NCBI RefSeq assembly: GCF_001194135.2
Contig: NC_068993.1
Location: 9,238,907 to 9,281,126, forward strand
DNA length: 42,220 bases
Direction: 5' to 3'
Source of the DNA: Octopus bimaculoides
Lineage: Eukaryota
Position numbers and translations under genes: made by a program. A model generated the notes under the pieces. It saw nothing but the letters and a program-made list of their open reading frames with translations. It searched no databases and was not told where the DNA came from. Below, piece by piece: positions 11,969 through 23,731 of this stretch (positions are counted from its first letter, which is position 1; each line of letters starts with the position of its first letter).

Positions 11969-12365
11969 TTGGTAAGTAGCTTGCTAACCAACCACATGGT
12001 TCTGGGTTCAATCCCACTGCGTGGCACCTTGGGCAAGTGTCTTCTACTATAGCCTCGGGCCGACCAAAGCCTTGTGAGTGGATTTGGTAGACGGAAACTG
12101 AAAGAAGCCTGTCGTATATATGTATGTGTATATATGTATGTGTGTGTATATGTTTGTGTGTCTGTGTTTGTCCCCCCAGCTTCGCTTGACGACTGATGCT
12201 GGTGTGTTTGCGTCCCCGTAACTTGGCGTTTCGGCAAAAAGAGACCGATAGAATAAGTACTAGGCTTACAAAGAATAAGTCCTGGGGTCGAGTTGCTCGA
12301 CTAAAGGCGGTGCCCCAGCATGGCCGCAGTCAAATGACTGAAACAAGTAGAAGAATAGAAGAATA
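11969..12365 (+). mobile_element. Young near-full-length SINE family A (CORE-like)
   Basis: B-box gggttcaatccc, CORE-like gcaccttgggcaagtgtcttctactatagcctc, internal (TG/TA)n, tail ccagcatggccgcagtcaaatgactgaaacaag + (aagaatag)n. Confidence 0.92.
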
Positions 12366-14782
12366 TAGTATTGATTGGGATGAGTTTCCGAAGGGACCGT
12401 CTCTGGTTCACTGCATTCTGGTGGCAAGACAGAAATAAAAGACATGTCTGTAACTCCTCCTCGCTGCCACCACTGCTACCATTTTATCATTTACTTTTCC
12501 ATGCTTGCAGGTTTTCTACAGCTGGATGCCATCCCTGTCACCAACCTTCACCTGTTTCCAAGACAGTGACACCCATTTACATCTATCGTGTGAAGCCCAG
12601 AGAAGAGGACACAAAATAAATAAACACAGAAAGAATGGGCTTCTTTCAGTTTCTGTTTACCAAACCCACTCAAAAAGCTTTGGTTGACCCAAGGCTATAG
12701 AAGACACTCGTCCAAGGTGCCATGCAGTGGGACTGAACCCAGACCTATGTGGGTGGGTAGCAAACTTCTTAAGCACTCAGCTGTTCCTGCATCTTTAGTC
12801 AGTAAAGAATAAATTTCTGAGTGGAATTTTGCTAAGAACACATTTTTTCCTCATTTTTTACCTTTTGCAGTTTTCAGTTTTCTCAACATCCATGGTTGAT
12901 AAACTTCAGCAAAAAGGATACACAGATATGCACATATACTAATTTCATGTGTGACACTTGGTGAGTGCCATTCTAGAAACTCTCGTCCCTTGAGCAACTC
13001 CAGTAGCTTTCTGCTAGTTCTTGTCCTTCTATCATAACTTCTCTTCACCTAGCATAAAGCCATCTCCTTCATTACTGCTCCCCACTCACACCACCACCAC
13101 TAAGTTACATAAACACACCAGCATCAGTTGTCAAGCAGTGATGGTGGTGGTGGTGGGGGGGAACCAAACACAGATACAAAAATACACACACACACATATA
13201 TATATATATACACACACTGGATAGGCTTCTTTCAGTTTCCATCTACCAAATCCACTCACAAAGCTTTGGTTGTCCTGATACTATAGTAGAAGACACTTGC
13301 CCAAGGTGCCAAATCTATTTATCCTATTTGTTCTTCAGAACTCACACACACACACAAAGGGATTAGGCAATAATGTCCAGCTACCAAATTCTATCTGCAA
13401 GGTGTTTATCACCTTGAGGCAAGAGTTGAAGACACTTGCTGAAGGAGCCAAACCATAGGATTGAGCTTGGAACCATGCAGTTAAAAAAGCAAACTTCTTA
13501 ACCACATGTCTACCCCAGAGCCTATTAACCAAACTTTACACACAAATCTTATGAATGATTTGTTTCCAATTCAGAAATAAATAAAAGACAACAAAAAAAA
13601 GCCAAACAGTTTCAAAGAAAGGAATTAAGGTTGAAATATTATTCAGTGGAAACTTTGAATTTACATAACGTTAATTTGGTTAATTATAATGATTATAAAT
13701 TCTTGTTTCCATTATTATTATATTTATAAATTTAATCAGTGCAGGATTAAGAGACGGCAACAACATAGTGATTAATGATTGCAGCATGTGTGGGGTGGTG
13801 GTGGTGGTGGTGGAAGGAACGGTGAAATTTAAGGAAACTATAACTGTTTTTTCTTTTTTTTGTTACTGCTGTTGTTTTAGCAAATTGGTGTTGCTCAATA
13901 AAGTGTGGCGATGGTAGGGAATACAGAATATAAAATTTGGGCGTAATGCAAAAATAATTTTTCTTGTTTAAAAAAAAACAAAAAAAAAATTCTTGATTCC
14001 TGTTCCTGCCTGTTGGGATATATANNNNNNNNNNNNNNNNNNNNNNNNNNNNNNNNNNNNNNNNNNNNNNNNNNNNNNNNNNNNNNNNNNNNNNNNNNNN
14101 NNNNNNNNNNNNNNNNNNNNNNNNATACATATATACACACACATATATATATACACACATAGGTAGATAGATAGATAGGTCAGGCCAACATATCAGCACA
14201 CACACACAGATTTTGTGGATAACATTTGGTATTTGCAGTTAACAGGGATTTAGGTGCTTAACTTAGCCTTAAGGGCAGCATAGACCAAAATAAAGATTGT
14301 TGATGAAATATTAAAATATGATGACCTTGGGTTGTTGAAGTTTATTTGTTTAGTGCCAGCAGATGGTAAATCTGACTAGGTGTCGGGTTACTAGCTGGAA
14401 AGGTCATCGGCACTGATATCCTGTCACAAATGTTCTCCTGATTCTGTAGCCAGAATACCTAACCCTTTAAGCCCCTATCACTTAAACCACGCCTCCAGCA
14501 AACCTGTGACCCCTAATAGCTGTAATTTTCATCAGAAATAAACTAATCTGAATAATGTTTTATAAGGAAGGGTCAAAGATGCGATGATATCTTATGATTG
14601 ACAGATTGACTATCATTGAGTATTTCTTGTACAAGTCTTATCTCTCTTATCTTTTACTTGTTTCATTCATTGGACTGTGGCCTTGCTGGGGCACCTCCTT
14701 GAAGGGCTTAGTTAAAGAAATCAACCCCAGTACTTAAAGTAATAGAGATACTTCATTATACCTTTTTATCTGTGTAGACAGT

Positions 14783-15482
14783 GAAGGTGCGTGGCTTGGT
14801 GGTTAGGATGTTCGGCTCATGATTGTAAAGTCATGGGTTCGATTCCTGGCAGTACATTGTGTCCTTGAGCAAGATACTTTATTTCAAAGTTGTTCCAGTT
14901 CGGTGTTGTTGGCACTCCGTCGCTTATGACGACGAGGGTTCCAGTTGATCCGATCAACGGAACAGCCTGCTCGTGAAATTAACATGCAAGTGGCTGAGCA
15001 CTCCACAGACAGGTGTACCCTTAACGTAGTTCTCGGGGATATTCAGCGTGACACAGTGTGACAAGGCTTGACCCTTTGAATTACAGGTACAACAGAAACA
15101 GGAAGTAAGAGTGAGAGAAAGTTGTGGTGAAAGAGTACAGCAGGGTTCGCCACCATCCCCTGCCAGAGCCTCGTGGAGTTTTTAGGTGTTTTCGCTCAAT
15201 AAACACTCACAACGCCCGGTCTGGGAATCGAAACCGCGATCCTATGACCGCGAGTCCACTGCCCTAACCACTGGGCCATTGTGCCTCCACTGTTTCAGTT
15301 CATTCAGCTGGCAAATTTGAGTAGTACCAGTAATTCATCGGGCCAGCCTTGTAATGTTCTGTGTCATGCTGAATCTCCCCGAGAACTACGTTAAGGGTAG
15401 ATTAGCTACTTGTACATTAATTTCACAAGCAGGCTGTTCAGTTGATTGGATCAACTGGAGCCTGTAACTGACGGAGTGCCAG
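14783..15482 (+). mobile_element. SINE with family E head and family C 3' module, split by an inverted family C copy
   Basis: Head at 14783-14901; body resumes at 15291; 3' module ctgtgtcatgctgaatctccccgagaactacgttaaggg...gacggagtgcca at 15340-15481. Confidence 0.8.
14902..15290 (-). mobile_element. Full-length young SINE family C with target-site duplication
   Basis: Reverse complement of 8553-8936. TSD tgttccagttc (14891-14901) / tgtttcagttc (15291-15301). Confidence 0.92.
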
Positions 15483-16404
15483 TTTTTTTTGTTTTTTTTT
15501 TTACCTGTACAGACACTGCTCATTAGTATGATGCTCAAATGTGTTAAATCATGAAAAACTGCACAAGGTATGTCTACTAAATATGAAAGAAATTTCATAA
15601 ATGCATTAAATGACATTATTTTGTTTCTAGGAAAAAATCCTTAAAAATGTGAGTGGAGAGGGGACCTGATTTGGCAGTGGGGGATATTTGAAATGGTCCT
15701 ACATCCAGGTAAAACCTGTGATGAAAAATAATTAAAAGAAATATCTAAAACACATAGCTTAACAAAGAGAAGCCAATAAATACAAAATCATAGGAAAGTT
15801 TGTAGAATTACAAACCTATCCAACCCATGCTCATATGAGAAAGTGGAAACAAAAGCAACCAACAGAAATGCTGATTATGACGATAAATCGTCTATTATTT
15901 AATGTTGTGACTGTTGAGTGAGGTTAACTTCTTTTATTTGGTGATAAAGTTTCATTGAACTAAGTCCATGACCCAGATTTGATCTCCTAATTAGATAAAA
16001 ACTATTTTCAGTTACATGGCTGATGCCCTTGACTAAAGTATGAATATCAAACACAATTTGATATTTCCTCCCCGCTCACCCCCCTTTCTCTCTCATTGTT
16101 CTATAAACTTGGAGTGTCTATCCTCCATGTCAAAAAAAGAAGCGTTGTTAATTAGTCATTTTACTGGGGTTTATTTAACGAACTAGCTCCTTCCTTAACG
16201 AACTTGTAGCTTTGTGCGTATGATAGTATGATAGAAATCATAATTAATTAATGTCCTAATTCATTAGATAAGAAATATAATGTCAGAGAAGGTCTTTAGA
16301 ATACTGACGGCCAAACTGTGAGCCACATCATACAAATGTATGGTAGCTCAGAGGGGTACCACAAAATGTAACCAGGTATGCTGTGAAAATAATAATAATA
16401 ATAA

Positions 16405-16640
16405 TCTTTTCTACTATAGGCACAAGGCCTGAAATTTGGGGTGGAGGGGCTAAGTCAGTTAGACCTGAAATTTTGGAGAAGGGGATAGTCGATTACACCG
16501 GCCCCAGTGTGTAACTGGTACTTGTTTAATCGACAATGAAAGGATGAAACGCAAAGTCGACCTTGGCAGAATTTGAACACAGAACATAAAGACAGACGAA
16601 ATGCGGGTGTGCCAACAATTCTACCAGCTCACCGCCTTAA
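16405..16640 (-). mobile_element. SINE family B with an internal duplication near its 3' end
   Basis: aaaggatgaaacgcaaagtcgaccttggcagaatttgaac..ccagctcaccgcc; cctgaaattt(t)gg occurs twice (about 16428 and 16464). Confidence 0.8.
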
Positions 16641-16648
16641 TTAATAAC

Positions 16649-16686
<38 letters not shown>

Positions 16687-17231
16687 TATTTTTAAAAAAT
16701 GTAAAAAGCCTCCTACCAACTGAAATTTTAAATATCAAGTTTAGGGAACTTATACTTCATCTATGGAATAAAAAGGTACTTAATCTTCTATAGATTAATA
16801 CCAAACTTCCATTCCAACCTGTTTGGCACCCATCTTTAATCTTTCACTTGTTTCAGTCAATGGACAGCGATTATGCTGGGGCGCAGTCTTGAGGGGTACA
16901 GTCAAAGACATNNNNNNNNNNNNNNNNNNNNNNNNNNNNNNNNNNNNNNNNNNNNNNNNNNNNNNNNNNNNNNNNNNNNNNNNNNNNNNNNNNNNNNNNN
17001 NNNNNNNNNNNNNNNNNNNNNNNNNNNNNNNNNNNNNCCGGTACCAAATGGATTAATCTTACCAAAATTTGTGGCATGATCCTCAAAAGTTGGCATGGTC
17101 ATGGTTGGAAAGCATTTGATATAATGTCTGGCTAGGCCGGGTCAACCCGGGGTTGAACAACAAGCTCAAGAGATCCATTCTTTGATTGGTACTTTTAGTT
17201 CTTAAATGAAGGTGTTTGTGGATTTTCAGCT

Positions 17232-17708
17232 TCTTTTACCATTTGTCTCTTCCAGTCATTAGACTGTGGCCATGCTGGAGCACTACCTCAAAGAATTTTT
17301 AGTCCAGTGAATTGACCCCAGTGTTTATTTTTCTTGTTTGAGCCTGGTATTTATTCTTTTGATCTTTTTTGCCAAACCGCTAAGTGATCATCATCATCGT
17401 TTAACGTCTGCGTTCCATGCTAGCATGGGTTGGACGATTTGACTGAGGACTGGTGAAACCGGATGGCTACACCAGGCTCCAATCTGATCTGGCAGAGTTT
17501 CTACAGCTGGATGCCCTACCTAACGCCAACCACTCCGAGAGTGTAGTGGGTGCTTTTATGTGCCACCCGCACGAAGGCCAGTCAAGTGGTACTGGCAACG
17601 GCCACGCTCAAAATGGTGTATTTTATGTGCCACCCGCACAAGAGCCAGTCCAGGGGCACTGGCATGGAGATGTAAATGCACCAACACTGGTTGTCAAGTG
17701 GTGGTGAG

Positions 17709-17745
<37 letters not shown>

Positions 17746-17905
17746 CACACTCATACAACAGGCTGCTTTTAGTTTCCGTCTACCAAATCTACTCACAAGG
17801 CTTTGTCTGACTCGAAGCTATAGTAGAAGACACTTGTTCAAGGTGTCACACAGTGGGACTGAACCCAGAACCATGTGGATGGGGAGCAAGCTACTTACCA
17901 CACAT
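17232..17905 (-). mobile_element. SINE family A split by a family D insertion
   Basis: Family A 3' part at 17232-17385 and 5' part at 17665-17905 are colinear across the insertion. Confidence 0.8.
17386..17664 (-). mobile_element. SINE family D
   Basis: (CAT)n-cgtttaacgtc..ccatgctagcatgggttggacgatttgactg..tttctacagctggatgccc; paralogous to 18367-18636 and 20117-20260 (+). Confidence 0.9.
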
Positions 17906-18331
17906 CCACAGAATAAAATATAAATAAAAAATATATAAAATGGCTGAATAACTCCTTATGAAATATGAACCTAAAAATTAGAGGCTGTGAGCTAGATTAC
18001 ATAAAACATGAAGTGGAGTCACCCTACATTTGATATAATGAAATCAGTGAAAAATGCTTACAAATTCGTTTTTGAGTTATGTAAACAAACTGGTTAAAAT
18101 ATTAAACAAAAAACTGTGTTAAATTGGTTGTTGATACACATGTACACATGCTTCAATAATAATATTATTTGGCTTATAAAAATGTTTATACTTAACAGTG
18201 AGCAGAACATAAACTGGCAGCCATTGATTATATTACATATGGAGCACTTCCAACAACCATGGCCACATTTCGGATCAAAATGAAAAATTAACCACTAGCT
18301 GAATTGTGTCAGGACAAAAAGACTTGGATAA

Positions 18332-18366
<35 letters not shown>

Positions 18367-18368
<2 letters not shown>

Positions 18369-18636
18369 TCATCATCATCATCATCGTTTAACGTCTGCTT
18401 TCCATGCTAGCATGGGTTGGACGATTTGACTGGGGACTAGCGAAGCGGATGGCTACACCAGACTCCAATCTGAACTGGCAGAGTTTCTACAGGTGGATGC
18501 CCTTCCTAACGCCAACCACTCCGAGAGTGTAGTGGGTGCTTTTTACGTGCCACCAGCACGAGGGCCAGTCCGGTGGTACTGGCAACAGTCACGCTCGAAT
18601 GGCGTTTTTTATGTGCCACCTGCACAGAAGTCAGTC
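18367..18636 (-). mobile_element. SINE family D
   Basis: Colinear with 17386-17664. Confidence 0.9.
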
Positions 18637-19714
18637 AATGTTTTGTTCACATGCCACCATATGAGGTATACAGTGGATCAATAAAATCCAACCAAAGAAT
18701 GAAGTGATTTTTTCTGTTGAAAAGCTTCTAATGGACAGAGGTTTTTCAAAAGTGAGTATCTTCTAGTGAAAATGGCGCTATGAAACAGCATTGACAAAAA
18801 CCGTGGGAAGAGACAATGCTCCAAAGCTAACACAGAAATTCTTCATCTTCACCATTCCTTTCCTCCAAGCCAACTATGCAATAATATATTATAGCAAAAT
18901 TCTTGAAACAACAATGACATGCCTTACCAAAGAAAGAGAGAGAGAGAGAGATTTGCCTATGCAGACTTCTTAAAAATAATAATAAGAAGAAGAATATACC
19001 ATAAGATAGCATTATGTAGGTCTGTAAATGTTGTTAGAACATTCTCAGACATTTTTTGTTCATCTTCAAATTTTCTTTTTTTGTATTTTACACATGTTTT
19101 CCAAGATGTCCCTAATTCTTTTTGATGTAGAGAAAGGAAAAGTGTTCTCAATGTATTTTTTAAAATGATACACAGACAGGGAGATTAAGGCAAATCTTCC
19201 AGGCATTTGCTAAAAACCGTCAGGAGAAAATGAAGACAAAAAAGAAAAAGAATGAACATATTGATCAGCATATTGGTTTAGACGACCAACACCCACAACA
19301 TAATTTTGAAGTTCAGTTTTCAACTTTTTCTGTCTGTACGGATTTTTCAATCCAATAGTTACATGCTATTACTGATAGCTTTATGCACTTTGAAACATTT
19401 CCTAAAAAAGAAATTATTTCAACAATACATATTTTTGAAAAGAAAAAAAATAATAATGAATAAAGCCATTTAGGTTCAGTCCCACAGTGCAGCATCTTGG
19501 GCAAGTTGTTTTCTACTATAGTCCTGGCTAACTAATGCCTTGAAAGTGAATCTGATAAACAGAAATTGTGAGGAAGCCCATCACACACACAGAGTCACTA
19601 CGAGGATATATAAACCTCTTATAGGGATGGTTCCATCCAAGGTACACTGGTTTAATATATTATATTGTTGAAAAATATCTCTTCAATATAGAAATAGGTA
19701 TAAATAACTTACAT

Positions 19715-20105
19715 TATTAAGTAAGAAAATGGTGAGATTTAATGAATATAAATTAATTTATTAACAATTTTAATAAAGCCTACAATTGTTTCGATTCACA
19801 CTCAATACAAATTACAAACCTATAGAATAAAATAAGATGCTGCACTGTGGGATTGAACCTAGAGTAAAAGATCTTCAGGACCAATGGACATTATGAACAC
19901 TACATGTTGATCAGTTGAGATTCTCCAATAGACTGTTGGAGAACCTCAATGTCCATTGGTCTTGAAGATATTTTACTCTAAATATTCAAAATGCAAACTT
20001 ATTTTATTCTAAAGGTTTGTAATTTGTATTGAGTGTGAATTGAAACAATTGTAGGCTTTATCAAAAATGTTAATAAATTAAATCTCTCCATTATCTTACT
20101 TAATA
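19715..20105. repeat. 391-bp imperfect palindrome (fold-back/MITE-like)
   Basis: 19715-19836 pairs with 19998-20105; 19860-19892 pairs with 19948-19980; 19917-19947 is a self-palindrome. Confidence 0.93.
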
Positions 20106-20116
20106 TTATAATATTA

Positions 20117-20260
20117 TGTTAGGAAGGGCATCCAGCTGTAGAAACTCTGCCAAATCAGACTGGAGCCTGGTGTTGCCATCCGGTTTCACCAGTCCTCAGT
20201 CAAATCATCCAACCCATGCTAGCATGGAAAGCGGACGTTAAACGATGATGATGATGATGA
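20117..20260 (+). mobile_element. 5'-truncated SINE family D with (GAT)n tail
   Basis: tgttaggaagggcatccagctgtagaaactctgcc...gttaaacgatgatgatgatgatga. Confidence 0.9.
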
Positions 20261-20740
20261 TATATGAGAGAGAGAGAGAGGGAGAGAGAGAGAGGGAGAG
20301 AGAGAAGTGATATTAAAGTAAATACAGGTAGGCTTGAGATGTATATTTACATCAGTGATTTTATTATTAAAATTTATGAGCAACAAATTGGTTTTACTTC
20401 AACAAAACACAATTTGTAATAATATTTAATTCTAAAAATATATGATTTCTTTAAACATTGAATAGCTATGAGGGTCTACCCAAGTAAAAAGAGGGAACCA
20501 AGCACAAAAATTACAGATTACAGAATAAAGAAAAAAGATAAGATTAGAAGAATTATGTCAAGTCTTTTGACAGCTGTTTCGAGACAACCATAATTTACGT
20601 AATAACTATATCCATACATAATAACATATTCATATACAAAATGTGCATGATGCCATAAGTGTGTCCAGTGACAAGTCATGATGAAATTGTTGATACAAGT
20701 TAAGAGTTCCTTCTCACGAAGCTGCTACTTACTGTACATA

Positions 20741-20962
20741 CAGAGTCTGCCAAAAAAATGTATACACACTTCAAGAAAGGAAAAATCTGTATAAATATTT
20801 TAATTCCTTGTTATTGAAATTCATTCAGTGTCACCAACTGCAATTTGACAAAACATTGTAAGAGGTATCTATATTTATAGAGGTACATATACAAGTTAAA
20901 TATTTATGCAGATTTTTTTTCTCCTTTCCTAAAGTATGTATACATCTTTTTGGTGGACCCTG
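20741..20962. mobile_element. Tc1/mariner-type MITE (222 bp)
   Basis: TIRs cagagtctgccaaaaaaatgtatacacactt and the reverse complement cagggtccaccaaaaagatgtatacatactt. TA at 20739-20740 and 20963-20964. Confidence 0.88.
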
Positions 20963-21688
20963 TATATGTATGTATGTATGTATATGTGTGTGTACATGTA
21001 TGTATTTGTTCCCCAGCACTGCTTAACAATAGGTGTTGATTTATTTACATCCCCATCAAAGACATGTTGGACAATGTAGTCATGGATGTGCATAACAGAT
21101 GTGATGGTCATGGTTGTAATGCTTCTGTTCAATCAGTATGGATTTGTTGGTTCAACAACAGGACCAACAATCTCCCAGCGGGAATTGAATAAAAGGTGAA
21201 AGACAGAATGTGAACTAAAACCAACTCTCTCTCTAACCACATATATCTTTCTTATCATTTATCTTTTACTTGCTTCAGTCATTGGACTGCAGCCATGCTG
21301 GGGCACAGCCTCTGAGGGTTTAGTCAAACAAATTCGACCCCCAGTACTTATTCTATTGGTTTCTTTTACCAAACTGCTAAGTTACAGGCATAAACAAATC
21401 AACACCGGTTGTCAAGTGGTAGTAGGTGACGAACACATACACAAAGACACAAATGCATATATTTATATATACGACAGGCTTCTTTCAGTTTCTGTCTACC
21501 AGGCAGTCTACCAGTCTACCAGTCTACCAGTCCATGTCTCACAGGCAGCCATTCACGTTTTCTACCCAAAAGGTTGTTTTAACCCACTACTATTTATAGC
21601 TTATCTACTTCAAGATGCAACGAAAAAAAATAACATTCAAATATGTTCTACTCGACATATTCAGTTCCATTTCTTCCATCCGTACCAC

Positions 21689-21746
<58 letters not shown>

Positions 21747-21982
21747 TTAGCCTTCACCATATAATTGACTACAGAAAATAGCCTACTAGACTATACAAGC
21801 CATCGTAATGGGAAAAAAATGAGCATAAGTATGCATACTAATGCTCATTTTTTTTCCATTCTGAGAGCATATATGCCTTACTATTACACTACTTTTTATA
21901 ATATATATATATATATATATATACGAATTCTGCACGAGTTACGAAAAAGTAGTCTAATAGTAAGGCAATATATATATATGTA

Positions 21983-22296
21983 TAGTGGAAATTCAGTTTA
22001 CGAACACCTCCCATTACAAACAAATTGATTTATGAACAATTATTCGAGCATAAAACATCTCATGTGACAAACGATGTCTCGAGTAACAAACATGCAACAA
22101 CAGTTAGCGATAAGTTCGGAGCATCCGCGGGAAAGAGTCAGTTGTTGTCTAGTTTTCACCACAGTGCGCATCCTTAATCAAATTTGCCGTGTCGTCTTTT
22201 AAATTTCCTATGAGCAAGATAATTTCGGTTTGCGAACATCTTGTGAGATGAATGGTTGTCAGGAACATATTAAATTCGTAAAACGCGGTTCCACTG
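21983..22296. mobile_element. pogo/Tigger-like MITE (314 bp)
   Basis: TIRs tagtggaaattcagtttacgaa and the reverse complement cagtggaaccgcgttttacgaa (16/22). TA at 21981-21982 and 22297-22298. Resembles Tigger-type CAGTGGAACC..TTTACGAA ends. Confidence 0.8.
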
Positions 22297-23731
22297 TATG
22301 TGTGTGTGAATGTATGTGAGAGGATAAAAAGCAGAAAAGCACAAATTCTGTATATACATGCGAGTTTATTCAACCTAGGTTTACTGCATCGTAATAATGT
22401 ACTAGATGGAGTTTAACAATGTGTTATCAAATGAGTCTTAAATACAGTGGATTATATTTTACGATGTTTATACATCAATTCACCGTGTGTGGCTGACGTA
22501 TTTACACGATGTCTTTATTGTCTTGGCAAATACCTTGCTCTCGAAATTCGTAAAACGCTGGGGTTTTATTGACCAAAGAATAGTACTTATATAGTTAGTT
22601 ATATAGTTTCTAGGGGAGAAACTTGGTGTTGGATGCCTTTCGCAAAGACGTTAGGAAAATCGAAATCTTGTCACAGAATTAGTTCGCTGGGATTTACTTC
22701 ATACTTTGAAGAAAGAAAGAGAAAAAACGTAAAACCTTCTATATGGTTCAGTTCACATTTGTTTATGCTTCCGCTGTCTTCAGACGTTCTCATTGAAAAA
22801 CATTTGCAACAATTCGAGAAGCAGTTCTGAATAAATACACGTGGTCCTTAAGAAAACAGCAACAGAGGTGAAAGGAGCTACCATTGCTAAGGTAGACTTG
22901 AAACACGGGTAATCTGTGAGAGAGGTAGTTCAGAGTGATAAAACATGTTTATCAGAAGTCCTCAAATGTTATAGTTAACATAATCTAAAGATGACCAGAT
23001 CGAACGCGATCGGTTATTTCATATTTCTTAAATGTCTAAATACTTCTCAATTTCAAGTTTGCAAATAAATTTATCACTCCTTAAATTATGAGAGAGCTAT
23101 CCAATAATTATATATTTATTAAAAAAAAAAAACCAAAACACTTTATATGAATAGTTTTTTTTTTAAAGTTATGTAAGCAAAAACTTATGGATTTTCACGT
23201 TTTCGAAATAAAAAAAAGACAATATGAATAAATTTTTGCAGGAAGGAAAAAAAAAAAAAAATTAAAAGAAAGAAAAAAGAGAAAAAGTTTTACAGTATTC
23301 AGATATGGCCGTGTATTTTGATTTCGAATCCTGCTTAGGTAGGTTTTACTTTTCACGCAAAACAATCTAATATCAACCACTGACAAATATTGGCTGTGTG
23401 ATGAAAAGAAATCTTTATTTTCCATTAAGGACAATGCGTGTGTGTGTGTGTGTAGATGATATATAGAATGACAATACAGTTTATAAACTAGTTTTACACA
23501 TAAATGAAGTGTATGTATGTGTGGGGCATTTTATAGTTCTATCTTAAATAAAGCAACAAAAACATGAAATCAATTTTCTTATTTTCTTTTCTTTGTAAAT
23601 ATACGACGCTATTGTCCAAAGTGGTCCCCTATTTTCGATTTGGTGCCAAAAGTTTAATTTAAGAGCAACCGAAATTAGTGATGCTCAGTATATCCGCATA
23701 TATAAAATTTTACCAATGTTGGCTAAAATAA

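Noticed and set aside
12872-12960. QHPWLINF..I..Y.....D resemblance to a MAP2K C-terminus
   Set aside because: The residues before HP do not fit a kinase subdomain XI, and no other kinase exons were found. It is kept only as an unidentified exon candidate.
18196-18297. Minus-strand WKCSICNIINGCQFMFCSLL, resembling a RanBP2 zinc finger
   Set aside because: The fourth Cys is missing, the splice sites are weak, and there is an upstream in-frame stop.
22149-22373. Minus ORF containing EIILLIGNLKD, resembling the small-GTPase G4 region
   Set aside because: It lies mostly inside the Tigger-like MITE, lacks NKxD and has no other GTPase motifs.
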